The position numbers were made by a program, and so were the translations under genes. Positions 22,301-32,274 of a DNA stretch of 64,000 bases are shown here, piece by piece. Under the pieces are notes generated by a model, which made no database searches, was not told the origin of the DNA, and saw only the letters and a list, made by a program, of their open reading frames with translations. The first letter of the stretch is position 1; the number at the start of each line of letters is the position of its first letter. The stretch comes from a virus, in the IMG/VR virus record IMGVR_UViG_3300008954_002609, positions 32,001 to 96,000 of that record, one strand, 5' to 3'.

Positions 22301-25300
22301 CCTAGTGACTTCTTATATTTTGACAACATATCCTTTCTCATTTGATCAAAATTTATAACACCTTCATTTGACACATAACATGACTTTTCTTCGTTTCGCA
22401 AAAACTCAGATGATATGAAATCTCCAAAATCTTCTACTATGTTTTTATCAAAGAAAATTGATTCACTAATGGATTCCGATATTTTTTCTAAAAAGTATTG
22501 GGACATCATGCCATAAGCACCGATTTCTGTGGCGGATGCCGTGGATGAATCAGACTTGCCAGTGCCCACAAGCTTGGTCCAAATGCTGTTTCTGAATCCG
22601 TCCACTTCTTCGGATGATATATCTGTCTCGTCTTGCTCCAACACGGATTGCCAAGAAGCACAAAATATTTCCGCAAAAGCGTTTGGTCTCAATAGCTTTT
22701 CCTCATTTGGTGCAAGCCTGATATCTCTCGCGGATCGTCGTAATCCTAGGAACTCTTCCGGTATTTCGCTTCTATATGTCTTACCCTTCCAATCATTAAA
22801 CAACAGTCTACTTGGGCGATGGAAATTATAACAATCTTTTATATTGTCAGAGGAAACAAAAGGGATTTCCTGATATAAAATGCTTTGATTAGAAATAGGC
22901 GCATCTGTACTCTCTAAAATATCAAAAATATTAGTTGGCAAAGCTATCTTTATTTCAAAATTCTTTGTTTCCCCCACTCTCAAGGGAGCCTCTGGATTTA
23001 TTTGAACTGGAGTTTCGTCGTCGTTGTCGTCGTCCTCCATCGCTGGTGGAATAGTGGCGGCATGATAGCCCAGTCCGAGGTCGTATGCTGGATATTGAGC
23101 TGGCGAAGCGAGAATTGTATCGTCCGAGTTAACAAGCAAGCGTTTGAGCCAAGGGACGGGAACTGCATCGTCTAGCATGTTTCTCATAGGAAATTGCATT
23201 ATATGAGACAATTCCATTTGGTCCTGTCTTTCAGCTAGATTGTAGAACTTTGGCTTTCCACCGCGAGAAGCCCTTATTTGAAGGAGTCTATTTCTACTCT
23301 CCTCCATCTTTAAGCGATAATATGCGTGAGTATCTGGCTGTAAATCGGCTCTGTCTCCGCCAGTGGCAAGTCTCATTCTATCGTTGCCTCGTATTTCCGT
23401 TACTCGCTCTAGGGCTGCCATCTCCCGAACATGTTGTGCTTCTGCTTCCTCCAGGAGGGCTTCTATATCGTCAGCTGTCTCCATCGCACCGTAGCACTGG
23501 TACCCTATTGGATTAGCGTCTTTGTCCACCTCTAGGGCAGCGCCGGGCTTTTGAATTCTCCCTCCACCTTCTTGCATGGCTCTTAGTTTGTTTTTCAAAA
23601 ATGCAATTGCATTCCTCGCGGGCTGGTGAAATAAATAATATGTTTCAAAAATTCGTATTATCCAGAAGACTTTGTTTCCGTTGTTGCGGTTGAGGACGGC
23701 TTTTGTTATCTGTATATCATCCGCCTCTGAACTATCGGTTTGGAGCCAATTTTCCGCATCCATATCATCATCCAAGGCAAGCATTCCACGACTTAAGGAA
23801 TATCTCACTGGGGCGGTGGCGTTGCCTGCCTGGGCGCGTTGCTCGTGAACCCTATCGAAGATTGATTCTATGTGAAAGTCAGGATTGATACCGCCGTCGT
23901 CATTGAGATAACCATTATTGTTCATTCGCAAGCCGCCCTGCTCTTCTGGGAAGAAGCCATTTTTGTCTCGTTCAATTTGCTGTGCGTAGCTAGCCAACAC
24001 ATCCGATTCACGGTTTCTAGAAGTATCCTTAAGTTCTTGTAATTGTTTTTTTAGAAATTCATATTCTGCTGCTTCTATAGGGTTAAAACCTGCTTCGCCG
24101 GGTTCTTTCTGTTTCGACACCATGTCGAATAATGATGGCACAAAACTAGAAATGTCCATTTTAAAGGCTATTGCGACATTATCCATAAGAGCTTTCGAGG
24201 CTAAATCAGCCATCTTGTTAGTCTCTGGAGCATCGTAGGGTCCTGGTAAGTTGCCATCGAAAAAGCCCGCAAGAGGATCCCTATCGAATAGGTCCTTCAA
24301 GGAAGCCCTCCTCTTCTCAGCAGATACAAGCGCCTCTGCTATTTCTTCTGGTGTAGCATTTTGACCCTCAAGTCGTTGTCTCAGTGAGGGATTTCCATCG
24401 GGACATAGGTCTCCCAGTATTATTTCTGATGAATTAGCAAGCTTTGCGCAAAGGGCTGGGTCTACAAAATTTCCTAAGATTTCAAAAAATTCTTGTATCT
24501 CCGCTTCGCTTGTTAGGAAATTCTTTATATTAGAGTAATGATTATCTATTAGATTCTTTGTTATCGTCAACGTTTCAAAGCCGGCTGCGCCTTCGAGCAA
24601 AGCACACATTTCGGGCGGGGTTAATGCTAACGCCAAAGCGTCGAACAGATCTGCTAAGTCGGAAAAGGACCCTACCGGGATGTTCATTCTTTCCAAGGAC
24701 TGTGCTGCCTTTTTCATCAGTTCTAGTTTTTTATCTGTCCCCTCTTTAGATCCAAAGGCATCTTCCCACACAGCGGCACCATAATCCAGCAAATCTTGAC
24801 AACTTGGTAGACCTACACTTCCTATTAGATCAAGTATTCCCCTGACTATCCCACACAAAAAAGCAATCAACAGATCCAATAAAGCAGCCTCAATCATGGG
24901 TATCATTATAGCCAAAGGGTCCCACCTAGGAATATCTGGCAGAGTCGGAAGACTAAAATCAAAATCCCACTTAAAACTTATTGGCCAAGGGATGTCGGGA
25001 ATACAGGAAGCGTAACTACAGAACAACATTTCAAAATCAAATTTGTCCAAAAATTCCTGGTATAGCTCCTCTAGAGTACATAAGTCTTCTTTAGGGACCG
25101 GATCAATAATAGAATAAGTTTTGCCCCTCTCGAACCTTATTAGCTTTCCCCGCAAGGCGTTGGAGGTGGGGTTCTTGCCATCTAAATTATAATCCTCATT
25201 CAGCCTGTCCTCATATGTCTTTATTTGGCTTTCCAACTTTATGATTTCTTTGCTTACGCTCGATGTATCTATTTCAAAAATTCCGCCGGTTGACTTCAGT

Positions 25301-28300
25301 ACAACAACAAAAGGACTCGTATACTTCTGTATGTTTGTGAACATTGCCTCATCTGGAGTTTCTACCAAATCTAGAGCTTCAACAAAACAATTCTCTTCTG
25401 ACTCAAGGGCTGCCTCGTACAAGTCATGCAAATTGGCTAGAAAATTCATTGTCTTCGGAAAATTCCAGGGAGGCTTTTCTAATATTGCTGGATATCCCTG
25501 CATTAGATCTTGCTTGGGTTTTCTGCCGGTACGCTCATAAGATATTCTAAGAGGCACTGCTCCGGACCTGTCCACAATCATTTCTCTCTTACTTATTTTT
25601 CTTGCACTAACTGTTTCATCAAAGTGAATGGATAACCAATCTTTTGGCTTTGATTTTGCAATTCCATTTTTTTGCAGGTACCTCTTTACGGCGGCTTTTA
25701 CTGATCTAAGATTTTCTGACTCTTTCTTGAAGTTTATATAAGGATCAAGTCTTCCGCCTTCCAGTTGAAATATCGCGATGTCCCTGGCGTATTTTAGAAA
25801 CATATCCGAGACCTTGTCTATCATCTTCTCGAACTCGTCCATAGGATAACTGACGTCAACAGGGAAGCTTTCCATATCGCGTTCGCGTGCCCTCAGCTGT
25901 GTTCTTCTTGCTAGCTCTTGTGCATTAGATAATGGCAGACCCTTACTAGCGCCCGTCAAGCCTTGAATTTCCGCCTCCCTGGAGTATTTCTTTGTCGCTC
26001 TAAGTGCGGATTTTGCGCCGGATTTAGCAGCCTCTTTCTTGTTTTGTGAAGCCCATTTCAAGCCAGCGCGGGCTGACTTCTCTGCATTATCAATTGCTTC
26101 TTCAGCGCGGTTCAACTCACTGTTCATTCGTTCACGAGCTTCCCTAGCTGCCTCAGACATTCTCTCTGGGGCGTTCTCTACAAAATCCGCAACCCTCTTT
26201 GCAGTTTGTCTAGCCTTCTCTATTGTCTCTCCTATCGTCATCGCACGATACGACCCAGGAGGATAGGTAATTTCCTTGAACATTTTCTTTCTTAGTCGTA
26301 TTATAAACTTAAACGTAGAGCCTGGTCTCGGAGTTGGGCTTTGAATTTTATGTATCGATGCGAATATTGGTCTAGCGCCAGGCTTCAGAGATTGACCAAA
26401 CAAAACGTCTACAGGTTTTGGCGACTCTCTCATAGCAGCCTCCAGATCAACATCAGAAGTCTCGTCAGGATCAGGAGGAGGAATTGGTGGAATCTGCAAA
26501 TTGTCTGACAGACTTTGACTTTCTATTGTCATCGTGAATCTCTTACTAGAATCGAATTCAGACAAAGAGTCTATTCTGGTCTGATAAGATAACAAATCCG
26601 CATAAGCTTCCTTGTGTTCCTCAACACTTCCCTTTATTTCCCACGAAGTATCTTTTCTATAAAAATCAAAGATCTGGGCTACACCGTTTCTCAATGCAGA
26701 TTCGCTGTTGTTCTTTAGGAAAAGAGAATAAGATTCGGGATTCATCGAATTTACTTCTTTCCTGGTCGTATTCGTGAAGTATGCATGATAAATATAGTCC
26801 CCATCTTCCCACGGTTCCGTGGGGGTGTCACCCACTTGCCTGTCAGTTAGGGACTCTACGGTACTGCTTGAGGTTCCAGTGATTCCTCCGCTTATACCTT
26901 CAAGGAAGTCCATTGCCTCCGTTGCGGCGGCTCTCAACCCTCCCCTATACATAAACAAATATGTTGGGGTATCAACAATTCCAATTTGCTGATTGAAATC
27001 TTGGCTCGGTGTATTCGAGTACCTACTGGTTTTTTCCTTATCTTCGGATGGAGAAATTCCCTGCATTATATTTATGAGTTGTAGCTGATTTTCTTTCTGA
27101 AGTCTCGATAAAGCTTTTTTTGTATCCTCGTCAAAATAATCATCAATGCCAAGTTTTGTATCGAGAAGGTCTTTCAGATAATACTTGATTATCAAAGTCT
27201 GAATACTTTTTGTGCCCTTCTTTATTGGTAGGTTGAATTCTATACTTCTATTTTTGTTGTCGACAAGAATAAATCTCTTATTATTTAGTGCACTCTGAAC
27301 CTCTGGATTAGCTCTTATCCTTCTAGTTGTTTCTGGACCTGTAGCTACTTCTGGGTCGCCAACTATGCTCTGAACACCTTGATCTGCTTCTGCCGCCATT
27401 GATTCATATTCTTCCCTCATCGGGTCAAGAAGTTCTCGATGGGCGTTAACTCGCTGAATGAGGAGGTTTCTCATCTGCTCGTCTGTAAATCTGTTGATCC
27501 TTCTCTCTATGATATCTAATCTATTCGTGGTTTCCAGTATTCCACTTAAAACCTCACGTATTGTTGAATCAGGAGACGAAGCAAGCTCTTGGAGTTCTTG
27601 TATCGTCTCTTCAAAATCCAACAACCTAGACTCCACTTCTGCCTTCTGGACTTCTTGTTCAGCGGATTCCAGAATAGCCCTTGAGTGCATCTTTAATTGC
27701 CGCTGTGGAGTGAACGTTGCTGTGGGGTGTGGTTTACCTTCTGTGTAAAAATTGTGATCCGTATATACAACGTTGATAGAAATTATCTTGTCCCAGTCGT
27801 CGTTCAAAGGTTCTGTTCTTACATTTATGTGGTTTATTCCATAAGCTGCGATCTCGGGATCTAATCTAATAAGGTTTCTCCTTACTGGATCAGTGCTCCT
27901 GGGGTCTGATGAAAATAATTTCCAATAGTTTATCAGCCTGTCTATCTCCCTCTCTACTGGCTGGAGTGGTGTAGACGTAGCCGTACCGTCATAAGAAGAC
28001 TCATTATAGCCATCTTGTGCCCTCAACACAAAGCCTTCTTCCCATGCATCCGAAACTCTGTTCCACTCTTCTACAATATCGGCTGATACTGTGCCACGGT
28101 GGGCTCTCCTGGTTTGGTTCCCCAGTTCACCTTGCCAATTGTATCTTATTATTGTCTCGTCATTTGTGGCTGTGACCGCCTCAATTACAATATTATACCT
28201 TTCCCTTATTGCCTGATCTTCCTCCTCAAGCCTCGCATCCAAAGCTGGGTTTGACATTAGGGATTTTCTTATCTCTGTTAAAGAAGTCAATAATTCAGAA

Positions 28301-28854
28301 ACTGTCCCTAATCTTGCCACGATCATATTGTTTAGAGATGGGTCTGTAGATCTACTAGAAGCCTCTCTCCTTCTTGCATCCTGCAAATAAGGCGGAGGAG
28401 GATCTAAGAGTATCTTGTTTTCCATATCAAACAAGACAGAACGAAAAGCCTCGTCTTCAGAAATATTAGACGGATCTCCATATCCCCTGTAACGCTCAGA
28501 ATATGTTTTAACTGATATAGGGTCATACCTCTGTCTACGACCAGTTACCGGATCTGGAGGTCCTGGCAAGGCAAGGGCAGTAAACTCTGTTTCGAGAATC
28601 ATCATCAGCCCGCCGTCATTCATCGGATCATCTATTGGAACAATATTCAAATAATCACTTCTTGTTAATGCTTGGTTCCATTCTAGGTCTCTACGGGTAC
28701 CCGGTTCTATATCGAACTGCTGATGGGATACGTGAGTTAATCTCTGCTCCTCTGTAGGCGCACCTGTATCCAACATCCTGGCTGTTGGCTCCCTAAGTAG
28801 CCTGCCTATAAGTTGGGTGAATATTCCCCTCTGTTCTTCTCTAGTATAACTCAT
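19381..28854 (-). CDS. Giant hypothetical virion protein (3157 aa) with a degenerate peptidoglycan-binding-like domain and hydrophobic helices
   Basis: Long ORF between the spike and gp25 genes. IKKGTKSIQTLIIKYYL...DDYFDEDTKKALSRLQKENQL...GIVDTPT resembles PG_binding_1. Mostly helical/acidic, with a hydrophobic stretch LAIMIPMIEAALLDLLIAFLCGIV. Confidence 0.6.
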   Translation of the reverse strand: MSYTREEQRGIFTQLIGRLLREPTARMLDTGAPTEEQRLTHVSHQQFDIEPGTRRDLEWNQALTRSDYLNIVPIDDPMNDGGLMMILETEFTALALPGPPDPVTGRRQRYDPISVKTYSERYRGYGDPSNISEDEAFRSVLFDMENKILLDPPPPYLQDARRREASSRSTDPSLNNMIVARLGTVSELLTSLTEIRKSLMSNPALDARLEEEDQAIRERYNIVIEAVTATNDETIIRYNWQGELGNQTRRAHRGTVSADIVEEWNRVSDAWEEGFVLRAQDGYNESSYDGTATSTPLQPVEREIDRLINYWKLFSSDPRSTDPVRRNLIRLDPEIAAYGINHINVRTEPLNDDWDKIISINVVYTDHNFYTEGKPHPTATFTPQRQLKMHSRAILESAEQEVQKAEVESRLLDFEETIQELQELASSPDSTIREVLSGILETTNRLDIIERRINRFTDEQMRNLLIQRVNAHRELLDPMREEYESMAAEADQGVQSIVGDPEVATGPETTRRIRANPEVQSALNNKRFILVDNKNRSIEFNLPIKKGTKSIQTLIIKYYLKDLLDTKLGIDDYFDEDTKKALSRLQKENQLQLINIMQGISPSEDKEKTSRYSNTPSQDFNQQIGIVDTPTYLFMYRGGLRAAATEAMDFLEGISGGITGTSSSTVESLTDRQVGDTPTEPWEDGDYIYHAYFTNTTRKEVNSMNPESYSLFLKNNSESALRNGVAQIFDFYRKDTSWEIKGSVEEHKEAYADLLSYQTRIDSLSEFDSSKRFTMTIESQSLSDNLQIPPIPPPDPDETSDVDLEAAMRESPKPVDVLFGQSLKPGARPIFASIHKIQSPTPRPGSTFKFIIRLRKKMFKEITYPPGSYRAMTIGETIEKARQTAKRVADFVENAPERMSEAAREARERMNSELNRAEEAIDNAEKSARAGLKWASQNKKEAAKSGAKSALRATKKYSREAEIQGLTGASKGLPLSNAQELARRTQLRARERDMESFPVDVSYPMDEFEKMIDKVSDMFLKYARDIAIFQLEGGRLDPYINFKKESENLRSVKAAVKRYLQKNGIAKSKPKDWLSIHFDETVSARKISKREMIVDRSGAVPLRISYERTGRKPKQDLMQGYPAILEKPPWNFPKTMNFLANLHDLYEAALESEENCFVEALDLVETPDEAMFTNIQKYTSPFVVVLKSTGGIFEIDTSSVSKEIIKLESQIKTYEDRLNEDYNLDGKNPTSNALRGKLIRFERGKTYSIIDPVPKEDLCTLEELYQEFLDKFDFEMLFCSYASCIPDIPWPISFKWDFDFSLPTLPDIPRWDPLAIMIPMIEAALLDLLIAFLCGIVRGILDLIGSVGLPSCQDLLDYGAAVWEDAFGSKEGTDKKLELMKKAAQSLERMNIPVGSFSDLADLFDALALALTPPEMCALLEGAAGFETLTITKNLIDNHYSNIKNFLTSEAEIQEFFEILGNFVDPALCAKLANSSEIILGDLCPDGNPSLRQRLEGQNATPEEIAEALVSAEKRRASLKDLFDRDPLAGFFDGNLPGPYDAPETNKMADLASKALMDNVAIAFKMDISSFVPSLFDMVSKQKEPGEAGFNPIEAAEYEFLKKQLQELKDTSRNRESDVLASYAQQIERDKNGFFPEEQGGLRMNNNGYLNDDGGINPDFHIESIFDRVHEQRAQAGNATAPVRYSLSRGMLALDDDMDAENWLQTDSSEADDIQITKAVLNRNNGNKVFWIIRIFETYYLFHQPARNAIAFLKNKLRAMQEGGGRIQKPGAALEVDKDANPIGYQCYGAMETADDIEALLEEAEAQHVREMAALERVTEIRGNDRMRLATGGDRADLQPDTHAYYRLKMEESRNRLLQIRASRGGKPKFYNLAERQDQMELSHIMQFPMRNMLDDAVPVPWLKRLLVNSDDTILASPAQYPAYDLGLGYHAATIPPAMEDDDNDDETPVQINPEAPLRVGETKNFEIKIALPTNIFDILESTDAPISNQSILYQEIPFVSSDNIKDCYNFHRPSRLLFNDWKGKTYRSEIPEEFLGLRRSARDIRLAPNEEKLLRPNAFAEIFCASWQSVLEQDETDISSEEVDGFRNSIWTKLVGTGKSDSSTASATEIGAYGMMSQYFLEKISESISESIFFDKNIVEDFGDFISSEFLRNEEKSCYVSNEGVINFDQMRKDMLSKYKKSLGNKNNKPENRDFSKPGPLEEGMISQLVIFYVKTYVLEFVLKGMYVFSAYSASEILKSEIISDYIHDYFVATIAGNWGHEAASSAGIDGNPFLEEVRKVGNDSNIRAAVKNILDVVLDSEDMSDTIDRIFSPSFKSLKEEFFNELSETATEVVSRESIRPNPENREAMRLNGIDQYRGLLPLHKSHDSGPRIFGGTTLSDLREYEQGKFYLEKYYKFSEEFIQNRIKGSLSQILEHNLIQEAVATLGPNANSPSLPELYFPFLEKRRTWRCYEGVFNRDEHLDLLLFIQSIIRAEDGIPVGNQGMNEGKANLVALAKQIKREIVENAFNTFRGIRLVFCPGKMTGIDFRPFKSVQNEDGTFEVVDATPSELAEQMAKKILSSMGDPDPIEALDPDMYRDFIGAQRRTLNLHDNADIETPNTIDEFSLLGSNIMTDWSYWAGVNVNSMINPGLRLEHKFVPKSELVAKNRAYIGTTTPHRSGRREAQLKFFTDFNAGNAEEEQKVRRLAKNWLHETFTPSPALEIHPDTSTNDYGKFRAEFVYGVPFVNVAYWTTGLGVAAEAGGDGGFRVIMPELGGALGINQVTAQPIGLMFPTPIASEQWPSCHREIFKEVEAMFEPRAFLDLGNPSQDQIEATEGVHLDRLRKLLNKVDDNAIRNALGLGEYIEDNGKRSLVEEPGFNMRYFFDFVFPLDRYQEMYTIYIQSMFDLSPDLVQIFMPTRKLTQKMVQALGDTDINTASNQLPLGGASSYNLLTSDQTSTGLGDAAMQSIPDISKIVEKMFKTFIPRLVRTVAGGLDPAYKDLKKTFDKNPRNTKAGLNIQSLSIESGELSTADLSVKNGFTPKKTFVPMNIQGPIDTAVAAGKIAAGMSMIPPGAGIPLLIDGAGDLLTITTRIENSITKRTSDRYGSFLTPFGLLAMGLSEMSGERYRDRLKKDPEQVFKVCDDNKPAGKSDPEEEQAQDLRDSINNLLGD

Positions 28855-28859
28855 TTAAC

Positions 28860-28865
28860 TAATTA
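28860..28865 (-). promoter_or_regulatory. Candidate late-promoter element TAATTA upstream of the 3157-aa gene
   Basis: Minus strand reads AAGTAATTAGTTAA-ATG; no clear SD. Confidence 0.35.
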
Positions 28866-28876
28866 CTTACTTCCCG

Positions 28877-30709
28877 TTAATTAACATTATTGTATTTACT
28901 TCTTATTGACTTTTTTGCACCTGCTCTAGTATACTGGTATCTCCACTTATTTATATTCCATTTTCCTGCTGCACTAGAAAAAGTGTCTATACTTGCAAGT
29001 TTCGCAACATCCGTAGCGCAAAGAACCGCAAGCGAAGGAGATGGGGACGTGGGTCCAGGTCCAGCTGTAATATGGATGTGCGTGCCCAAAGCAGCCTCCA
29101 AGATAGCTATGTGCTTTATTATCGATTGAACTGCGCCGACCGTTTCGCTTAGTATTTCTGACAGGTCATTTACACATTCCACCATATTATTTCCTAAAAT
29201 CATCGGCTGAAGTTCCGAACCCTTATACTGTCCGTTTCCTGCTATGATATCTACGCCCTTCCTAGCTGTCATCAAACCACCCTGAGAATTGTATCCATCT
29301 ACTCCGGTTATCAATTTAATCCCCTCTCTGGCTATTACACGAACGCCGTCCGCTTTGAGGGCGATGGCAGAGCGAGGATTAGAATCCTTCTGGATAGGTT
29401 TTTCTTCGTTGTTTCCGATGCGACCAGGGGCAAGCCTAAAATTTTGATCTACATAAGTTTTTTGACTCAAATAAATTCTAGCAGCATCCATCGCTGGCGA
29501 TCCCGCACGACCTGTGGTTCCTGGATCTCTAGCTGTATTGAAAATGGGGTCCACAGTCATTGGTTTGTTTTTTCTATCTACTGCTCTCGGATTAGGACTC
29601 ATTCTTCCTACGACAATATCTATTGCTCCGCATTGTGTATTTCCCTTGCCACCGAAGCCGCTGCCAAGATTGTCAGTCCTGTCCCTACCTAAGACAATCC
29701 AAGAATTATATCTATTTGATATAACCTTCTCTGTCTTTGCTTGTCTAAAATCTGGCACCGGGTCCAACATGTGATCTCCGTAAGTACCTGAGCTTTTTAT
29801 CTTTTCGTCTTCCGATAGACCCTCTAAGCTCTCCATCTGCTCCTTAGACGCCCCCTCTTGCTGGACTGACTTCTTCACCTTTGGTACTACCGGCTTCTTT
29901 ATTTGGGGGGGACTATCTGGACTCGTAGCGGGGGCATCGTCGTCGCAAGGCTTTAGGTTTTTATTTTTTTTAGCTTTCTTCTTACTCTCATCGATAACCA
30001 TTTCATAAACGTTTCCGCGAAGGTTTATCGTATTAATATCTATGTTTTCCCTAATCTCCCTGTCTGTGTCGGCGGCGCACAATGGGCGAGTGGGTCGCTG
30101 TGCTGGTGGTGGTGGTTCTACTGAAAAGTCGGATCCGGCGACCATAAACTTGTTTTTAAGATCCTCTCCGTATATCCTCAATAATTCCGCTCGCTCTTCT
30201 CCTGAGCCGTCGACAAAATCATCCAGTTCAAAATAATCTAATTGGTCAACAATATCTGGTGGCGTGCCGGCAGAGGGCACAACCGATAGTGTAGTAGGTT
30301 GATCTTCATCTTCGAAATTTCGTATTTCTCTATCTATTGCTGCGTCGGTTTGAGCGCCCGCTGTGGCCGCGTCCCTCATGGTCGTGGTGCGCCCCTCTAT
30401 CGCAAGGCTTCCGTCTGCTTTTGTCACGACTATTGGTCTTGTTATGTCATCTCTTCTGTCTACTATCTCTTCCACACTCCTCGCTTCTTCGAGGTCTGAC
30501 ATGGGTGCCTCTGGAAATCCCTCTGATGTGTATGAGAAATCTTGATATTGCCCTTTTATTCTTTCTCTTGCCTCTACGAGTCCTTGATAGTTGGGAGCAA
30601 TGGACATAGTCTCTTCTTTTAAAATGGCTCCAGTAGCAGGATCATAGATTACTATCCTGATATCTTGATTTGAATTATTTTTTATATGGGCTTTTACAAT
30701 GTCAACCAT
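28877..30709 (-). CDS. Putative baseplate spike / gp5 C-terminal-like protein with HxH motif
   Basis: Beta-rich C-terminal half (SWIVLGRDR, AIDIVVGR, ARIYLSQKT, AIALKADGVRVIAREGIKLITG) followed by GTHIHITAGPGPTSP, like the metal-binding HxH tip of gpV-type spikes. Confidence 0.65.
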   Translation of the reverse strand: MVDIVKAHIKNNSNQDIRIVIYDPATGAILKEETMSIAPNYQGLVEARERIKGQYQDFSYTSEGFPEAPMSDLEEARSVEEIVDRRDDITRPIVVTKADGSLAIEGRTTTMRDAATAGAQTDAAIDREIRNFEDEDQPTTLSVVPSAGTPPDIVDQLDYFELDDFVDGSGEERAELLRIYGEDLKNKFMVAGSDFSVEPPPPAQRPTRPLCAADTDREIRENIDINTINLRGNVYEMVIDESKKKAKKNKNLKPCDDDAPATSPDSPPQIKKPVVPKVKKSVQQEGASKEQMESLEGLSEDEKIKSSGTYGDHMLDPVPDFRQAKTEKVISNRYNSWIVLGRDRTDNLGSGFGGKGNTQCGAIDIVVGRMSPNPRAVDRKNKPMTVDPIFNTARDPGTTGRAGSPAMDAARIYLSQKTYVDQNFRLAPGRIGNNEEKPIQKDSNPRSAIALKADGVRVIAREGIKLITGVDGYNSQGGLMTARKGVDIIAGNGQYKGSELQPMILGNNMVECVNDLSEILSETVGAVQSIIKHIAILEAALGTHIHITAGPGPTSPSPSLAVLCATDVAKLASIDTFSSAAGKWNINKWRYQYTRAGAKKSIRSKYNNVN

Positions 30710-30720
30710 TCTCTATATTC

Positions 30721-32274
30721 CTATGACGGCAACTGCGCGTATTTTCTGAAATCTGGCATGGTGTTGTAGGAAGATGTGAGAAACTCCGGTGGAACATACT
30801 TAAGCAGCACATTTATTGTATTGTTCTTTTTTGCAAAGGCTCTGCACTTCGAAATAGCATTGAAACTTCCCTTCTTTTGTCCCAAGGCTGCTAAATCAGA
30901 TTTGTGAAGATAGAGCCACGCAAGACCCCTTCCTGCAAAGCCTCTTCCTCCGTTTGCCTTATTCCATGCATCCATGTGTGTATTGTTCTTTCTTGTATCA
31001 ACATGTCGGACTCCCCACCGATCAAACCCGAAGTCGGTCCAGCCTGCTGCCTGGAAATAGCCTATCTGCCTTCTGACGAAGTTGTGGTGCCCATCGTTGT
31101 TTCCTGGTGGTGGAAAGTCAGTCCTATTATCCATCCTTTTGCCGCGAGCGCCCACGCTAGTTCGATAAATATCTATACCTAGTCCGTACCCGTGGGCTGA
31201 CCACTTTGCCCCACTCTGCCGCAAACTGTTGGACAATCCGTATATTCCTGGACCTGGCCATGTATTCAAAAACTCTATCCATCTCCTCATTGTATCTTCT
31301 GTCAGAATAACGGGGAATGTTCGTGTCAAATTCGGGTGAGACAAAAGAATTCCAGAAAACGGGAGACATGGTTCTGGAAATTGCTGTGTGAAGCCGTCTT
31401 TATCTTCGACAAGTCCACGGGTCAGTAACTTTTGCAATTCGTCCCCCTTAAGCCATCTTTGCTTTTTTGGGGATTTATTATACCTTAAATGGAATCTTTT
31501 TAATGGTTTTATTGTTTCTCTTCCCGTGACTGCAATTGGCGGAGGAAGGACGCCGGAAGCACCAACGCCACGGTTAGCTCCGGCTCCAACTCCCTGCTGA
31601 CGGGCGGGGGTTCCATCTGGACCGAGGATGGCTGATGCTGATGCACCAGGCGTAGTAGTGGCGACCGTTTGAACCTGAGCACCTGGAGCGAATGCGTTAG
31701 TGGCTCCGCCGCCTTGGTTCCAATATTTAGATTTGTATCCCTCAATCGTTGTAGAATCAGCCTCCAACATACTGTGAAATATTCCGTACTGTCCTGTTTC
31801 CTGATCAGTGATCTCGATTAAGCACTCTCTTAAAGAAAAATCCGCTATATCTTGAAAGTCATTATTCAATGTATAAAACCTGGGGAGTTGATATATTCTT
31901 TCTAAATCGTCCTTGCTCCTAGGTGGCAGCAACATTGAGCATATACCCCCAGCTGGAACACAGTAGTAAATGTGTACCATGGACTGATTAAATGCTTCAG
32001 TAGCATTTTGGTTGGAATTAAATATATGGACCGGGTCAAAGCACTGGTGAATTGGTCGGGTTTCATAGTGAAATATTATTCCCGTTCTCACGCCGGAAAA
32101 GCCAGCATCGAGCCTCTTGGCTGTCGATTCTTTTTGGACAAATCTTATTGCTGACCCAATAAGGTCGAGGTCCTTTCCGATTCCATGCTTTGTGTTTACA
32201 CTTATGGTCTTATCGGAAAAGAGGTTACTTTGCTTGGTCTTTATTCCCCAATCTGGATCGAAAACGTCAGTCAT
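30721..32274 (-). CDS. Virion-associated protein with a C-terminal peptidase M15 (LAS-family) peptidoglycan hydrolase domain
   Basis: SNSLR...WSAHGYGLGIDI...RHVDTR match the SxH-x6-D and HxD zinc ligands of M15 peptidases. Directly upstream of the spike gene. Confidence 0.7.
   Translation of the reverse strand: MTDVFDPDWGIKTKQSNLFSDKTISVNTKHGIGKDLDLIGSAIRFVQKESTAKRLDAGFSGVRTGIIFHYETRPIHQCFDPVHIFNSNQNATEAFNQSMVHIYYCVPAGGICSMLLPPRSKDDLERIYQLPRFYTLNNDFQDIADFSLRECLIEITDQETGQYGIFHSMLEADSTTIEGYKSKYWNQGGGATNAFAPGAQVQTVATTTPGASASAILGPDGTPARQQGVGAGANRGVGASGVLPPPIAVTGRETIKPLKRFHLRYNKSPKKQRWLKGDELQKLLTRGLVEDKDGFTQQFPEPCLPFSGILLSHPNLTRTFPVILTEDTMRRWIEFLNTWPGPGIYGLSNSLRQSGAKWSAHGYGLGIDIYRTSVGARGKRMDNRTDFPPPGNNDGHHNFVRRQIGYFQAAGWTDFGFDRWGVRHVDTRKNNTHMDAWNKANGGRGFAGRGLAWLYLHKSDLAALGQKKGSFNAISKCRAFAKKNNTINVLLKYVPPEFLTSSYNTMPDFRKYAQLPS

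Noticed and set aside
19381-28854. Tape measure protein
   Set aside because: Lacks obvious Ala/Gly-rich periodicity and is not next to tube or chaperone genes. Not excluded, but unsupported.
4459-28854. Inteins, introns or DGR target repeats in the giant genes
   Set aside because: No intein termini, homing endonuclease, reverse transcriptase or duplicated template/variable repeat was noticed by eye; a self-alignment would be needed to exclude repeats fully.
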